A DNA stretch of 64,000 nt from Octopus vulgaris (GCA_951406725.2 OX597819.1:22630001-22694000), one strand, 5' to 3'. Counted from the first letter of the stretch, positions 1 through 13,918 are shown. The notes: generated by a model from the sequence alone, not told the origin. A program made the numbers and translations.

Positions 1-1860
1 TTGAAACCGTTGAAGTACTCCTTCAGGCTCTCCTTCTCGACGACCACCTCCTCCAACTGCAGCTCGCTCGCAGCCAGACCCCTGCCCGCCGCTCCTGCAC
101 AAGTGTGGGCCTGCATTTTCGAAAAAAAACTTCCACACTTCACCACGCTGCAACAGCTTCTACCAACGAACTCGAGCTCACAACCCCTACACACAACAAC
201 CGCAACACAAATCAACCGTCTGTATATGGAAAAACAGAAAAAGGCCCAACACTACAGTCAGCAGAAAATAAAGAGAGACCTAAAATCCATGTTAAGCCTA
301 TAGAGAGAAGGGCTCACCGACAAAGAATATGACTATATGACCAATTTCAAAAGGTAAACCAGTCAATTCTAAGGTATTTCCAACGTACACAAAAGTAACG
401 CATGCAGGATAGTCACAGACATAATAATCAAAGTCCCTACTCCTAATGACCTTAAATTGAGCTATAATAGCAGGTCTCGCATGCGAAACCCACCGCCTCA
501 GTAACTTTTTAAATACCCTCTTAAAACCATTCCTGAAGCATGTCAAAAGCTATATAAGGGACGACCTGGATGTGCTCAATCACCTTCCTGAAACAATAAA
601 CAAAAACACCCTTCTACGCCAACGAACTCCCACATCACTTCAAAAAAGAATCGTGGACTGCGATGGGTAAGAGAATGGACTCCTCCTTTTCTAACTTAGT
701 CATGGGATATCTAGAAATTAATCTTTATCGTAAGGTTTTAGAAATATACGGCAGCCTATTTTACCTCTACATAGAAAATAACTGGAAGAGATACCTGGAT
801 GACTGTTTCATTATTTGGCATGAAACTATAGAGAGACTTAAAGAATTCCAAGCACTTTAAATGGACTTGACGTAAACATTCAATTCACGATGAAATACAG
901 CCATCAACAACTTTTTTTCCTCGACATCCTCATTAAGAAATCTAGAAACGTAATAGGAACAGATGTATACTATAAGCCCACGGACTCCAAGCAATATCTA
1001 CCGTTCAAGTCATGCCATCCAAGACACACCAGAATGAATATCCCCTTCAACCTAGCAAAAAGGATATGTACTATAGTTTCTAATGCAAACACCAGAGATA
1101 TACGACAACATGAACTAAAGGATACACTCATCACTAGCAACTACCCACCTTCACTAATTGACATATGCTTTCAACGTGCCCTTCAACTCAAAATCCACGA
1201 ACTCAGACATCCCAAATTAAAGAATGATTTACAACCAAAAGCCCTACCATACATCTCCACACACAACCCTCTTAACAATGAAGCCTTCGACACCATCCTT
1301 CAAAACATTCCCCTGCTAAAAAAGGACCACAGAATGAACTGAATCCTCCAAACAGACATCATCATAAAAAGCCAGTGACAACCCAAATCTATGACAAGTC
1401 TTCTAACACAAGCCCGAACATGCTCAACAACAACACAGAAGCCGTCAGTAAAAAAATGCGGAAGACCCAACTGTGGGATATGCGTCAGCTTAATTGAAGG
1501 ATCAGAATTTTCTTTCAAACAGGGACAACGTTTAACAGTGAAAAGCAGCTTCACATATACTTCGGAGACCCTGATATACGCACTAACCTGCTCTGGGTGT
1601 CAAGAGCAATACATAGACCAAACAAAAAACAGTACGTGAAAGGATGGCTCTGCACAGATCCCAGATAAAAAATTTCCCAAAACAGAAAAATAGCATTCAG
1701 CCAACACATCGACATTTGCACCAATAACAAAAATCCAAGCTTCAGAATTTTTCCCCTCTACCAATTCGGGGACAATATAACCTGGAGCCAACGAATTAGT
1801 AAAGAGACTCTCTTTATTTCAAAATACAGACCCCATTTGAACGCGTCTACAACAAAAGAC
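1..1860 (+). mobile_element. Decayed Penelope-like retroelement, family A (RT + GIY-YIG), frameshifted
   Basis: Consecutive ORF pieces give the RT motifs MG..M..SFSNLVMGYLE and WKRYLDDCFIIW (663-860), the thumb FLDILI..TDVYYKPTDSKQYL..SCHP..NIPF (890-1342), and a linker CGRPNCGIC followed by GIY-YIG-like LIYALTCSGCQEQYIDQT (1391-1639). Confidence 0.9.
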
Positions 1861-2249
1861 ATAACCACTACGGCCCTAGAATAACACAAACACACACGCT
1901 AAAAATGATACGCTAAAGAGATTCCCAAGAATTCATTAAGAAACAGTCCAAATCACTGCTATAATCAATAACAATTTTAGGTCACTTGAACATTTAACAT
2001 CCGACTACTATCATACAACCTGCATTCCTTTATTATTCTCCCTTCCCATTCTCCTTCTTCTTTGCTGTTTAGAATAACATCTACTATTATACTTATTATA
2101 TTCACACATACCTGAAACGCACGTTTTAAATGATTTCAGGTTCTCTCTGTTTGATTTTATTTCATCATTATTACACGCACAAAGACACACACACACACAC
2201 GCGCACACACACGCGCACACACAAACACACACGCACACGCACACACACA

Positions 2250-2307
<58 letters not shown>

Positions 2308-2515
2308 AGAATACAAAAGATGGGGAAAGAATGCAACAGGCAACAGGCAACAACAAACGTTGGATGATGCGAAAATGGATATGAGAAAAGAAGGACGGGT
2401 CAGAAACCATTAGTCTACAAGTGTCGCTACGCCTCCGAGGGAGCAGTACACTACCTTTCTCACAGCATATGGACACAGATTATGTGTCGGTAGCTAAAAT
2501 GTGGAACACTGACCT

Positions 2516-3964
2516 ATGCTTTTCTCTTATCCCCCCGAACCCGCCCTGCAGTCTCCCGCCTCCCTTTCCCCCTCACCTACCACCCCACCACCCTACCTCT
2601 CCAACGCACCATTCTCCGAACTTTCCGGCATCTCCAGTCCGACCCATTCACTTCACACATCTTCCCTAACCGACCCCTCCCATCCTTCAATCGAGCCCAC
2701 AACCTACGAGACCTCTTGGTCCTCAGCTTCTTCCCCAACCCTACCTCCCAAACCAGGCTCGTTCCCCTGCTCCCACCCACGCTGCCGCACTTGCCCTTAC
2801 CTCTCCAACACCACCCTCCTCACCGGCACCCATCATTGACCCTATCGCATCACCGACTCCTTCACCTGCACTTCTACCAATATCATCTATTGCATCTCCT
2901 GATCTCTCTGCCATTCTCTGTACATCGGACAAACGGTACGCCACTTGGCTGACCGGTTCGCAGAACACCTCCGAGGCATCCGCCTGTCTCACGCCGATGA
3001 CACCCCGGTCTGACGCCATTTCCACTCTACCGGTCACTCTTTGCAACACTTGTCCGTGTTCGGATTGCCCTTGCATAAAGGTCATCTGGACTCCCGCTTG
3101 CGCCGTGAACAGGGATTAATCTTCTCTCTTCGCTCCTTTATGCCATATGGCTCAACTCTCCGCTCCTCTTCATCTAACCTCCTCCCTTTGCTTCTCTCCA
3201 CCTCCTCTTCCCTCCTACTTCCTCTCCTCTCTTGCTACGACTCCTACTTCTCTTCACCTCTACTCTCTTTCTCTCTTCTCTCTTACCCTCTTTCTCTCTT
3301 CTGTCATACTTACCTTCCCCTTCCCCCTTCATCGTCAACCCTTACCCATAAGCGCACCCACCCCTACATATTCTTGCTCCAACTTCCCTATCCTTCCCAT
3401 CCCTTACACCCTCTCCTACATACCCACATCTACCCAAACCCTCAGCCTAACCCACACCCCATCCGTGCTTTCCCCACTCTCGCCTTCCCCCTCCTCCCAA
3501 CAGCATCACACCACACCACACTACACCATAACACACTACACCATACTACAATACACATCACATCACAACACACCAACCACGCACCAGCACTGACCAATTC
3601 CCATCCCCACATTTTCACAACTACATATACACACACGCACACGTCAAGACCACCAGCCCTTTTCCACACGCACATACGTACACTCTTACGCACACGCGCA
3701 CCTTCGTTTTGGGGATCACCTTTACTTTGTTACCTCCCCTACTTCTTCGCTCTCGTGTGTGACACTTCCGTCCGGCATTCGCCATGATAGATCGGTAGTC
3801 ACTACACACATTTTATTCTCTCCTTGTTTCTTTCTGTGTTCCTTTCTGTGGAAGAGCCTAGGCTCGAAATATCAAAGACTCTTTCAATTCCTGAGCGTTA
3901 TAGTAATACATCTGCTTGTTTTCTACACCACCTGTCTTCATCTTTTGTTTCTTTCGTGAATTCT

Positions 3965-3970
<6 letters not shown>
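2516..3970 (+). mobile_element. Penelope-like element family B: 3' fragment with C-rich tail and pLTR-like end
   Basis: 2516-3180 is homologous to 10824-11470 (CSHPRCRTCPYL, tacatcggacaaac = YIGQT) but carries stops. It is followed by a pyrimidine-rich tail and an HHR-like motif at 3842-3877, and ends at (TA)n. Confidence 0.85.
3842..3877 (+). ncRNA. Hammerhead-like motif with variant core (CUGUGGAA)
   Basis: cttt CTGTGGAA gagc-ctag-gctc GAAA ta TC aaag: stem I cttt/aaag and stem II gagc/gctc are intact; the core has A6->U. Confidence 0.5.
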
Positions 3971-4022
<52 letters not shown>

Positions 4023-4245
4023 ATACATATCTTCTTTCATCGTGTTACACCGATAATCCCAATATCTCTCTCGATTTTTCCTCTCATCAGTTTCTGGCAA
4101 AGCGCGTATGCTCGAAGCGTCAAACGCTTTTCCATTCTTCCCGTACGCCAAACTAATATACCTGCTTGTTGTTCCCTCATCTGTCTTTGTCTTTTTGCTG
4201 TACATATGTTATCCTCATCGTAATTTAATCCACTTACATCCCTAA

Positions 4246-4316
4246 TTAATTATCTATGTGCTGTGAATGATTACGTAGCAAGATCAAAATATTTTCATTC
4301 ATAAATTTAGAACACG
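4246..4316 (-). CDS. Possible last coding exon of the Cys-rich secreted protein (SCSKFMNENILILLRNHSQHIDN*)
   Basis: Acceptor tttcgttcttgtAG at 4318-4317, phase compatible with the 4593-4468 exon. A donor GTAAGT (4237-4232) lies 8 nt past the stop. Confidence 0.3.
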
Positions 4317-4467
4317 CTACAAGAACGAAACTGAAAGCTCGTAGCATGAGTCACATTCTTCATTAAATATGTAAGGTATTCAGGCATAAGAACATAACCA
4401 ATAGCTAAATCGTCTGATATGAAAAATGTGAAGAAAGTATATATATTAATTACTGCTTTTTACTTAC

Positions 4468-4593
4468 AGCTTCTCATTGTTTTCAAGTCTTTGTTGAGAC
4501 ATGATATTTCGGCACATGCATCCATTCTTGGGTTATTGCGCGTATGTTCTCCGGTACAAAAGCATTTTGCTTCATAGAAACAATCGCTACAAT
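4468..4593 (-). CDS. Internal coding exon, Cys-rich extracellular domain (DCSDCFYEAKCFCTGEHTRNNPRMDACAEISCLNKDLKTMRS)
   Basis: Acceptor tatttcctttacAG and donor GTAAGT; 126-nt phase 1-1 exon, open, 6 Cys. Confidence 0.65.
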
Positions 4594-5302
4594 CTGTAAA
4601 GGAAATACATTTATGAAGGCTAAAAAATAGGTCATTTTCGTTTTTCACGAGGTGATTCAGTTTATATGGTTTAGTACAGATTCTGCTTGAATTAAATTCC
4701 TCCAATCATATTTGAATGTTAGAGCTTAGTAAGTGTCGTAATCGTGTGAATTACGAAAGCGCTCATGAGCAGAGGCCAGCAGAGTGGCCAATATTGACAC
4801 CTTGTTTTCTTTATTATCAACCAAGCGTTCGATAAACAGCTGAAGCGACTTTGAGCATTAGACGTGCTGGATGATTGGCGAACATCACCTTGGAAAGCGT
4901 GATAATTAATTTCCAATCAAATATCGATGTAATTAGTATTTAGTAGACATATATTTCTCTTTAAACATTTCGACTATATCAATGTCATGCGAGTAAATTT
5001 TTATTGTATTTTCCTTTCAAATTCGCTTACTATTTTCATTCATTTTCTTTAAATATTAATTTTATTTTAGAAATTTACGTGATAGGGATGGATAAGTTAT
5101 CAACTATTCCTTGAAATGTTCAATGATGTTAGAAGTTTACCGACTTGCAACTAAGAGGGATGAAAAAGTTCATGGATATGACGAATACGTGTTTTACGTG
5201 TTACATGGAAAGAAATGGAACTTTTAAGGGGGTTATATCAGGATCGTATACATCTATCGTATTCAGCGCAATAGATGAAAACGTAAGAATATTGAAACTT
5301 AC

Positions 5303-5369
5303 CTAGTACAGTTTTCATAACAATTTTGGGAAGGATTAGGAAGAACAATGTTACCGCAAATGTATACAT
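5303..5369 (-). CDS. Signal-peptide exon (MYTFAVTLFFLILPKIVMKTVL)
   Basis: Acceptor tgcttctttactaacAG directly before ATG; donor AG|GTAAGT. The 67-nt exon ends in phase 1, matching the next exon, and encodes the hydrophobic core FAVTLFFLIL. Confidence 0.65.
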
Positions 5370-5950
5370 CTGTTAGTAAAGAAGCACAAATAAAATGTCT
5401 CATTATATTCGGCATTTCTTTAATATTGTTGCGAAAAGCCAATCATTTAAACAATATTAACATTCAAATATGAGGTTGGCGATTGCCTCCTGCATATACT
5501 TTTTTCTCACATACTTCAGTGGTCGACACTATTATTACGTGTAAAATACAGAGGTAAATGAATGTCACAGTGGTCTGCCGGTAATACTGGGGTATTATGT
5601 TGCTGTTGAGGGAAGTTATAATGCTGTGCATGATATATAGAAGCACGTATTATACTTTACTTAGCGTCGCATGTTATACAATAAAGAACAGAATGTCTGT
5701 TTTACTTAGTAATTAATATTAAATCCTGTATGGCCAAGGACAATATTCTCAAAGTTGGAATGGAGCAAAAGAGACATAATTGTCTTGCAAAAGATTTGAT
5801 ATGAGACTGTCTGCGAAACTAAAGCACGTAAAGACACGTATTAATCATTAAAAAAAAACATACAGAGACAGTTAACTTCAATTTAATATTTATAACTCTA
5901 ATTTGTTTTTATTTTCTGTAATAGTACCATATTCGCCAATCGTCGAAAAT

Positions 5951-6410
5951 TGCTTTTCTCTTATCCCCCCGAACCCGCCCTGCAGTCTCCCGCCTCCCCT
6001 TTCCCCTCACCTACCACCCCACCACACTACCTCTCCAACGCACCATTCTCCGAGCTTTCCGGCATCTCCAGTCCGACCCGTCCACTTCACACATCTTCCC
6101 TAACCGACCCCACCCACCCCACCACCCTACCTCTCCAACGCACCATTCTCCGAGCTTTCCGGCATCTCCAGTCCGACCCGTCCACTTCACACATCTTCCC
6201 TAACCGACCCCTCCCCTCCTTCAAACGAGTCCACAACCTACGAGACCTCTTGGTTCACAGCTTCTTCCCCAACCCTACCTCCCAACCAGGCTCGTTCCCC
6301 TTTTCCCACCCACGCTGCCGCACTTGCTCCTTACCTCTCCAACACCACCCTCCTCACCGGCACCCATCATTGACACTATCGCATTCCCGACTCCTTCACC
6401 TGCACTTCTA
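5951..6410 (+). mobile_element. Penelope-like family B internal fragment with ~100-bp tandem duplication
   Basis: Near-identical to 2516-2875 and 10824-11170. The segment tacctctccaacgcacc...taaccgacccc occurs twice (about 6028-6110 and 6128-6210). Confidence 0.85.
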
Positions 6411-6849
6411 CAGGTTTCGCCTGTATTGCAGTTATTCTTATGAGGAGCTGCTTTTCTTTCTGATGAAAAGATTATACAGTTATTCTTGTAAACGTTTCAG
6501 TCAGTGAAGTGTGGCCACGCCGCATCACCTCCTGAAAGGAAGATATGGAATGCATCACGAATTTGCAAATGATTGTTATGCAGGAGCCATTATAATATTT
6601 CCTGTATCATTCCAGTTTTACTAAGTACTCATTTTTTATTATTAGCTTTACATCGCCAGGGCAATGAGCCGCTAGAATGCTAAGCATTCCAAAGAACATG
6701 CTTAGTGGCATTTCGTCTGTCTTCACCTTTTGAAAATTCTATTTGATAAGTTTAAGAAAGGAACGAAACGAAAGCGCTAATAATAATGAAAAAGTAAAAA
6801 GATTTTTTCCCAAAATTCTGACGACTTTTTCTCTCAATATATATATATG

Positions 6850-6980
6850 ACAGGTTTCTTCCAGTTTCCGTATACCAAATCCATTCACAAGGTCCGTTGG
6901 TCCGTGGTCATAGTAGAGGATACTAAACCCGAAATCATGTGATTAGGACGCAAGCTTCTTACCACACAGCTATGCCTGCG
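6850..6980 (-). mobile_element. Degenerate SINE family A fragment
   Basis: ttccagtttccgtataccaaatccattcacaagg...accacacagc matches 36330-36480. Confidence 0.6.
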
Positions 6981-9671
6981 TCTGTCTATCATATTTTCAA
7001 TTTTATAACAATAACATCCGCGTAATCTATGTGTTTTAACTCTTACAACAAATGAAGCAAAAGTAACTTCACAGTTATAATAACGGTTATTTCCATTGAA
7101 ATGACGAACAGTTTTGCTCTTCACTTGCAAAGTGCAGACATGGCAGGATGGTTGAGAAGTTCGTTTTCCAACTGCATGATTTTAGCACTGAACCCGAGGC
7201 TACACAACTGCAAATCAAATTTCTTAGCCACACAACCATCCCTGCGTCTCTCTGTTGATTTTTGTTTTAGAGTTATGGATACGCTGCACGTTCGTGTTTG
7301 TTCATGTCTCTCTTCTTATCCGTAGATGTAATAATAAGATCCTCATGTGTCCTGTCTTTGTCTCTTCTCATAATATTGCTTGTATTGTCTAGTCTATCTT
7401 TCTTCAAGCTTTCCGTTTGGATTTATAGTAAGGGTTATACATAGGTAAAACGTGCATAAACAAGTTACGGAGAGCACTGGTGAACGCAGTCGACTCTGCG
7501 TATGATAGCGCCTGTGACATCTGACCTGGGAGGACCCCAGTCCCATCAAACAAGATCATGAAGCAATCACGAGCAAGCATAAACAAGTTAAGGAATTTGG
7601 ATTGTTTAATTTCCGTTAAGAAAGAGTGAGTTACAAATTGCAACTACAGGTATTTCAGCTTCAGCAGTTATTACAGGTAACACATTCTTCGACTGACTGC
7701 ATAAGCGGCTACAAAATTGGTCGTAATTTCAAAGATTAAATATTCACGTTAAATCGTGTTGGGGTCATCGGTGTAATAAAATCACATCAGTTGGTTCCAC
7801 TAAATTGCATTAGTGCTGGGATCTGATATAACGAATTCCGTCGAGATTCTTTCAAACCGTGTCATGAAATTGCTTAAATCATATCGATGTTACTGGATTT
7901 TGTAATGAAAATGTGTTTAAATGTGATTCAATACTACATGTTGAAATTGAAACAATTATATTAATTCACCTTAGAATAATCTCATGTGTAATAGTTTCCA
8001 TCATACAAAGGTGACCTGGTCACAGACACACTTTCATTGCAAATATTAGAATGTTTGTAAATAGTTTATTAATACAGTTCTCGGGCCTTTCCTTCTGTTT
8101 TTTCCCTTTCTTCTTCCCGTTTTTCTGTTTTACTTCAGCTTTCTGTTCAGACGCCCAGTAGTTTGTCTCATTTCTGCTGGTTGACTTTCTAAGAGTGTCA
8201 TCGGTCGGCTATCCTTAAACACCTTCAATTTCCTTTTTCCTTTTTTTCGATTGCAGGATTACAACATTTTTATATATCAATATTACCAGATGATAAGATG
8301 AGGTGGCAGAATCGTTAGCACGCTGGGCAAAATACTTAGCTGCATTCTTCACCAATTGAGTTCCAAGACCAAAAATGGAAACCGATATTAAGACGTAACA
8401 CATTTTACATGGTTTTCTTTCATTTGTATTTAATTTTGTTCTTCCTGCTTCTGTTGGTTATCCTTAAAATATGATTGATCAGACAATATTTATGGTGTTG
8501 TTGCACAGATTAATTACACTACCGAGATTATATATATTCTAAAAGCGTTGTCACAAAAACAGACAAAAGTAGAGCAGGGACATGCGTTAATCTGAACATC
8601 ACATGGATAACTATATAAACATCCATCAGTATAACGTTGCAATCGCGATTACACATTGGAATATATTCATACACTTACGTAAACATGTATACAGATAGAC
8701 AGATATATTCATAGCTACATGAATATACGCACATATACCCATGTATACATCAGTATGCATAAGAATATATTCATATGGAAGGTAATATATACGTAGCAAA
8801 GGAATTTATGTGCCAGTAACTAGGTCGTTGTTGTGCGACAAATATCCTGAAATTTCATCAATTAAACTGAATTTGATTTTAATGGCCTTTTTGCGTTAGT
8901 AATTAGGTAGAATATTTCGAAAATGCCAATTATAATGTATAACAACAAAATATAATGGCGAAAACGTGATTCGAACCAGCATCAACTTGATAGAGCATTG
9001 CCGGTTACACAGCATTCGACAAACTGCATGCCAGCTCTTTTGCCTCATGCAGCAGTTTTGTATCGCCACCAGTTCCATTTCAGTTCAACTAAATAAACAA
9101 ATGATCAAATAAAGGAAAAAATGCGAATCTCTGGTTCAATCTCTGGCGGGAAAAGTTATAAAAGAAATGCATGAGTTGCGCACAATTCTAACAAAAAATC
9201 AATTTTCAAAGAATTGAATTTTCAGTGTGAGGATTATTGGTGGTACAACTGCAACTACCAAACATTATGGTAGCAATCAGAAAGAAGGAGAGAAATGTTA
9301 CATAACATGCTAAGTAGGGAGCCTACGTGTTTTACTGGACCTGCTAGAAATATCAACAAAATCTTAATGTATTTTATTTCATAAATCATTAGATAAGAGG
9401 GAAAGACTATGCCTGAAAAAAAAGTAATAGATGTAACAGCCACGAATAGATTATATTTTGATAACGTTTTTTCTTTACTTAATTACTGATTTAGCTTAAA
9501 TTACAATAATTAATATATAAATAATTATTTGAATTATTTGTAAGTCATATACCACCTATAAGATAAAGTGTAATTTTACACAAAATATATTCTCGATGTG
9601 ATGAAAGTGTAGATTAATTACAAGGCAAATATATTCCGAAAGACATTATAACATTTCTTTATGTCACTTAA

Positions 9672-9740
9672 GTATATAAAAGTATATAAAAAGTATATAA
9701 AAGTATATAAAGCATATAAAAGTATATAAAGTATATAAAA
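9672..9740. repeat. Minisatellite (AGTATATAAA)n
   Basis: About six direct copies of a 9-11 bp unit. Confidence 0.8.
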
Positions 9741-10153
9741 ATGTTAAATTCTAAATTTGCTTCTACGCATGTAACTCACCTTGAAATCCTGAACGTGAGC
9801 TGAAATACCTTTTTTTGTAAAAGAAGAAAATAATTAGTGTTGTAAAATCTTTCAAAGTTTGCGTTTCGCACCATACAGCTGCCGTATGTTGTATATACAA
9901 ATCGTAAGCATACATTCTCAACATGAATTTCTGATTTATAGCTGTGATATAAATTTTAAGTTTACAATGACACGTTTATTGTTAGTTTTATATTAGCGTT
10001 TAACACTAATTTATGACAGTCACATGACATGACATGTGAATTTTTGATTTGTTAATGGGGGCAGCAAAACTCCAATTAGCAAATTCTTATTTAAGATAGC
10101 AGGGAGTAACTCTTGCAAGTTGAACGTGGAGCTATGAATATATAAGTATGTAT

Positions 10154-12249
10154 ACCACGAAGGACTGCAGGCCCTTCGACACTTTCTTGACCTCCGCTCT
10201 AACCCTGTACCTGACACCTCCACACTCATTCGTCTGGCCGAACTTGTCCTTAATCTGAACTGCTTCTCGTTCGCGGGCGAGTTCTACCATCAGGTCTCGG
10301 GAGTGGCCATGGGAACGCGAATGGGCCCCAACTATGCGAACCTGTTCGTTGGCTATGTTGAGGCCCAAATATTCTCTAATTTCACTGGTCCCACTCCTGA
10401 ACTATATGGTCGTTACATTGACGACATTATCGGTGCCACCTCACTCGCCCGTGAACATCTAGATTCCTTCCTCTCTTTCGTCCAATCTTTCCATCCAGCC
10501 CTCCACTTCACTTCCACTATCTCCAACACCTCTGTCTCCTTCCTCGACATTTCGGTTAGCATTCTTCACTCCACTCTTACCACCTCCATTCACTACAAAC
10601 ACACAGACTCACACTCATACCTCAACTTCTCTTCCTCCCACCCAGAACACACCAAGCTTTCCATCCCCTATTCCCAATTCCTCCGTCTACGTAGGCTCTG
10701 TAGTGACGACCATGACTTTGAGACTCAGTCTCAACGTATGGCTCACCACTTCACCCTACGTGGATACCCCCTCACCACTATCCACACCGCCCTTGCCAGA
10801 GCACGGTCCGTGGACTGTGTATCTGCTCTCTCTCCCCGAACCCGCCCTGTAGTCTCCCGCCTCCCTTTTCCCCTCACTTACCACCCCACGACCCTACGTC
10901 TCCAACGCACCATTCTTCGAGCTTTCCGTCATCTCCAGTCCGACCCGTCCACTTCACACCTCTTCCCTAACCGACCCCTCCCCTCTTTCAAACGAGCCCA
11001 CAACCTTCGAGACCTTTTGGTCCATAGCTCCTTCCCTGACCCTACCTCCCAACCCGGCTCGTTCTCCTGCTCCCGCCCACGTTGCCGCACTTGCCCTTAC
11101 CTCTCCAACACCACCCGCCTCACTAGCACCCACCATCGACCCTATCCCATCATCCACTCCTTCACCTGCACCTCCAGCAATATTATCTATTGCGTCTCTT
11201 GCTCTCTCTGCAATTCCTTGTACATCGGACAAACGGGACGCCGCTTGGCTGACCGGTTCGCGGAACACCTTCGTGACATCCACCTTGCGAACGACACACC
11301 GGTCTCACGCCATTTCCGCTCCACCGGTCACTCCTTGCAACACCTATCTGTGTTCGGTTTGTCCTTACACAGAGGCCATCCGGATTCCCGTTTGCGCCGT
11401 GAACAGGAATTAATCTTCTCTCTTCGCTCTTATACGCCATTTGGTCTCAACTCTCCCCCCTCCTCATCTAACCCCCTCTCCCCCTCCTCACCTATCCTTC
11501 CCCCCCGACCCCTACTTCTTCAGTCCTTCATCCTTTCACCCCTACTCCCCTTCCCTTCTTCCCCCTCCCTCCTTCCCTCTTCCCCTTCCCTCTGCTCCCT
11601 CACTCCCCTTCTCTCTCCCCCTCCCCCTCTTTCCTCCTTCCTCCCCTTCCTTCTCCCCCTCCTCTCCTCCCCTTCTTCTTCCCCTCCCCTTCTCCCCCCT
11701 CTTCTCCCCTCCCCCTCTTCTCCTCACTACACCACACGACTTCACACATCACATCATATATGATGTGCCATACTAATACATACACCAACTAATACATACT
11801 AATACGTACTAATACATACTAATACATACACCAACCCTATACATACACACGTCCAGACCCCTCATACGCACTTATACTCTCTCATACACACACACACACA
11901 CACACACACACTTATACATACTAATACGTACTAATACATACTAATACATACTAATACATACACCAACCCCATACATACGCCTGTCCAGACCTATCCTACG
12001 CACTAATACTCTCTCATACACACACACACACACACCCTTATACATACTAATACATACACCAACCCTATACATACACACGTCCAGACCCCTCCTACGCACT
12101 AATAGGTGGTCATTCAACCCTGTTATCAACCCTATTATCTCCCCTTATTTCGCTCTCGCGTCTCATGTTTGATCTTTGACTTCTGGCCGAAATGAGATCG
12201 CCATGTTGATTCGTTAGTCTTTTGTCTATTTTCATAAAGCTTCCCGTTA

Positions 12250-12250
<1 letters not shown>
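10154..12250 (+). mobile_element. Penelope-like retroelement family B, most complete copy
   Basis: The ORF above, a C/T-rich tail, a minisatellite-like segment at 11770-12100, and a 3' end (gtcttttgtctattttcataaagcttcccgt-TA) matching the HHR-bearing short elements (for example 44060-44093). Confidence 0.88.
10156..11470 (+). CDS. Penelope-like element RT-GIY-YIG polyprotein, 5'-truncated
   Basis: The frame is open from 10156 (HEGLQALRHFL...FYHQVSGVAMGTRMGPNYANLF, RYIDDI, FLD, HYKHTDSHSYL, SIPYSQFLRLRR), through a CxxxxCxxC linker (CSRPRCRTC), to GIY-YIG IIYCVSCSLCNSLYIGQTGRRLADRFAEH and E..LI......GLN. The ORF-track extension to 11763 is low-complexity read-through. Confidence 0.92.
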
Positions 12251-12768
<518 letters not shown>

Positions 12769-12974
12769 ATGTATATACATCTAATATAGGATAACATTTT
12801 TTCAAAAACATTTCGTCAAAGTGGCAGCATATCAAAATACCTTTGAAGGCGAAATTTATAAATTATATTGTAATGTGGTGATTGACGATTTAAAGTCTAT
12901 TCTCAGCATATTGGCATAGAATTTTTTTCTTTTGACCTTGTTTATAAATATATATATACACACACACACACAGA

Positions 12975-13120
12975 GGCATGGCTATATGTCAAGAAGACTG
13001 CTTCCCGACCACATGGTTCCGGGATCAGTCATGCTGCGAGGCGCCTTGGGCATTTGTCTTCTACTATAGCCACGGGTCGACCCGAGTCTTGTGAATCCAT
13101 TTGGTTCACGGATACTGGTC
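12975..13120 (+). mobile_element. SINE family A 5' head, degenerate
   Basis: ggcatggctatatgtcaagaag...accacatggttccgggatcagtc...ttgggca matches the family A head. Confidence 0.6.
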
Positions 13121-13260
13121 GTTTAATCTAGTATTTGTTTCAGTGATTTGACTAAAACAATTATAAGAATAAAAGAATAAGTGAATGCATATATATATAT
13201 ATACGCACACGCACATACATATATATACATGTGTGTAAATATATTTACTCATACACATAC

Positions 13261-13294
<34 letters not shown>

Positions 13295-13312
13295 TATATA
13301 TATGTGTGCGTA

Positions 13313-13348
<36 letters not shown>

Positions 13349-13881
13349 TTATCAGTCGCACATATATAACGTATAAGTTTGGATTTTATGTCAATTTTGC
13401 TGCGGAATGGCGCCTGAGTACAGCTTGCACGACGCTGAGTGTTAAGAACACAAACCAAGTAGGTTGTAGAGGATTCGTTGGATAGACTGTTTTTATCGCT
13501 GGGCCGAACGCATCGTACAGCAAATACCACCATTAATTATAACCAAACTACACTGGAAAAAGCAAGCCACTGGATTTGGTGAAAAAGAGGCGATAAGGCA
13601 TGTATAGAAGTCTATCGAACGAAATCTGATACCCAGTTGACCTATCAAGCGAGACCTCATTTCAGTCAGGCTGGCTGGGACACAATGATGCAGTCGAAAT
13701 CTAGGCTTCGAATTGGCGCGCATTATCTCCTGATGATCCCATAAACTCGGTAGCATCCAATGTGCGAGACTTTCAGCTGGTATCACAAATCTGAAAACTG
13801 TTTGCCATGATAACATTACTTTAGCATTATCTACCTAGTCATTTTTGCTTATACATGCGTTCCTTTTCGACCTTCTATAAG

Positions 13882-13918
<37 letters not shown>

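Noticed and set aside
7404-7643. 81-nt-plus minus-strand ORF ending ...PYYKSKRKA as an exon
   Set aside because: Weak acceptor, no recognisable domain, and a terminal exon here would conflict with the downstream signal-peptide exon.
11471-11763. Pro/Ser/Leu-rich C-terminal extension of the 486-aa ORF
   Set aside because: Read-through into the C/T-rich tail beyond the usual PLE 'GLN' end.
11770-12100. Repeat-spacer-like pattern suggesting CRISPR
   Set aside because: Low-complexity minisatellite in a PLE tail, no unique spacers, no cas genes, eukaryotic context.
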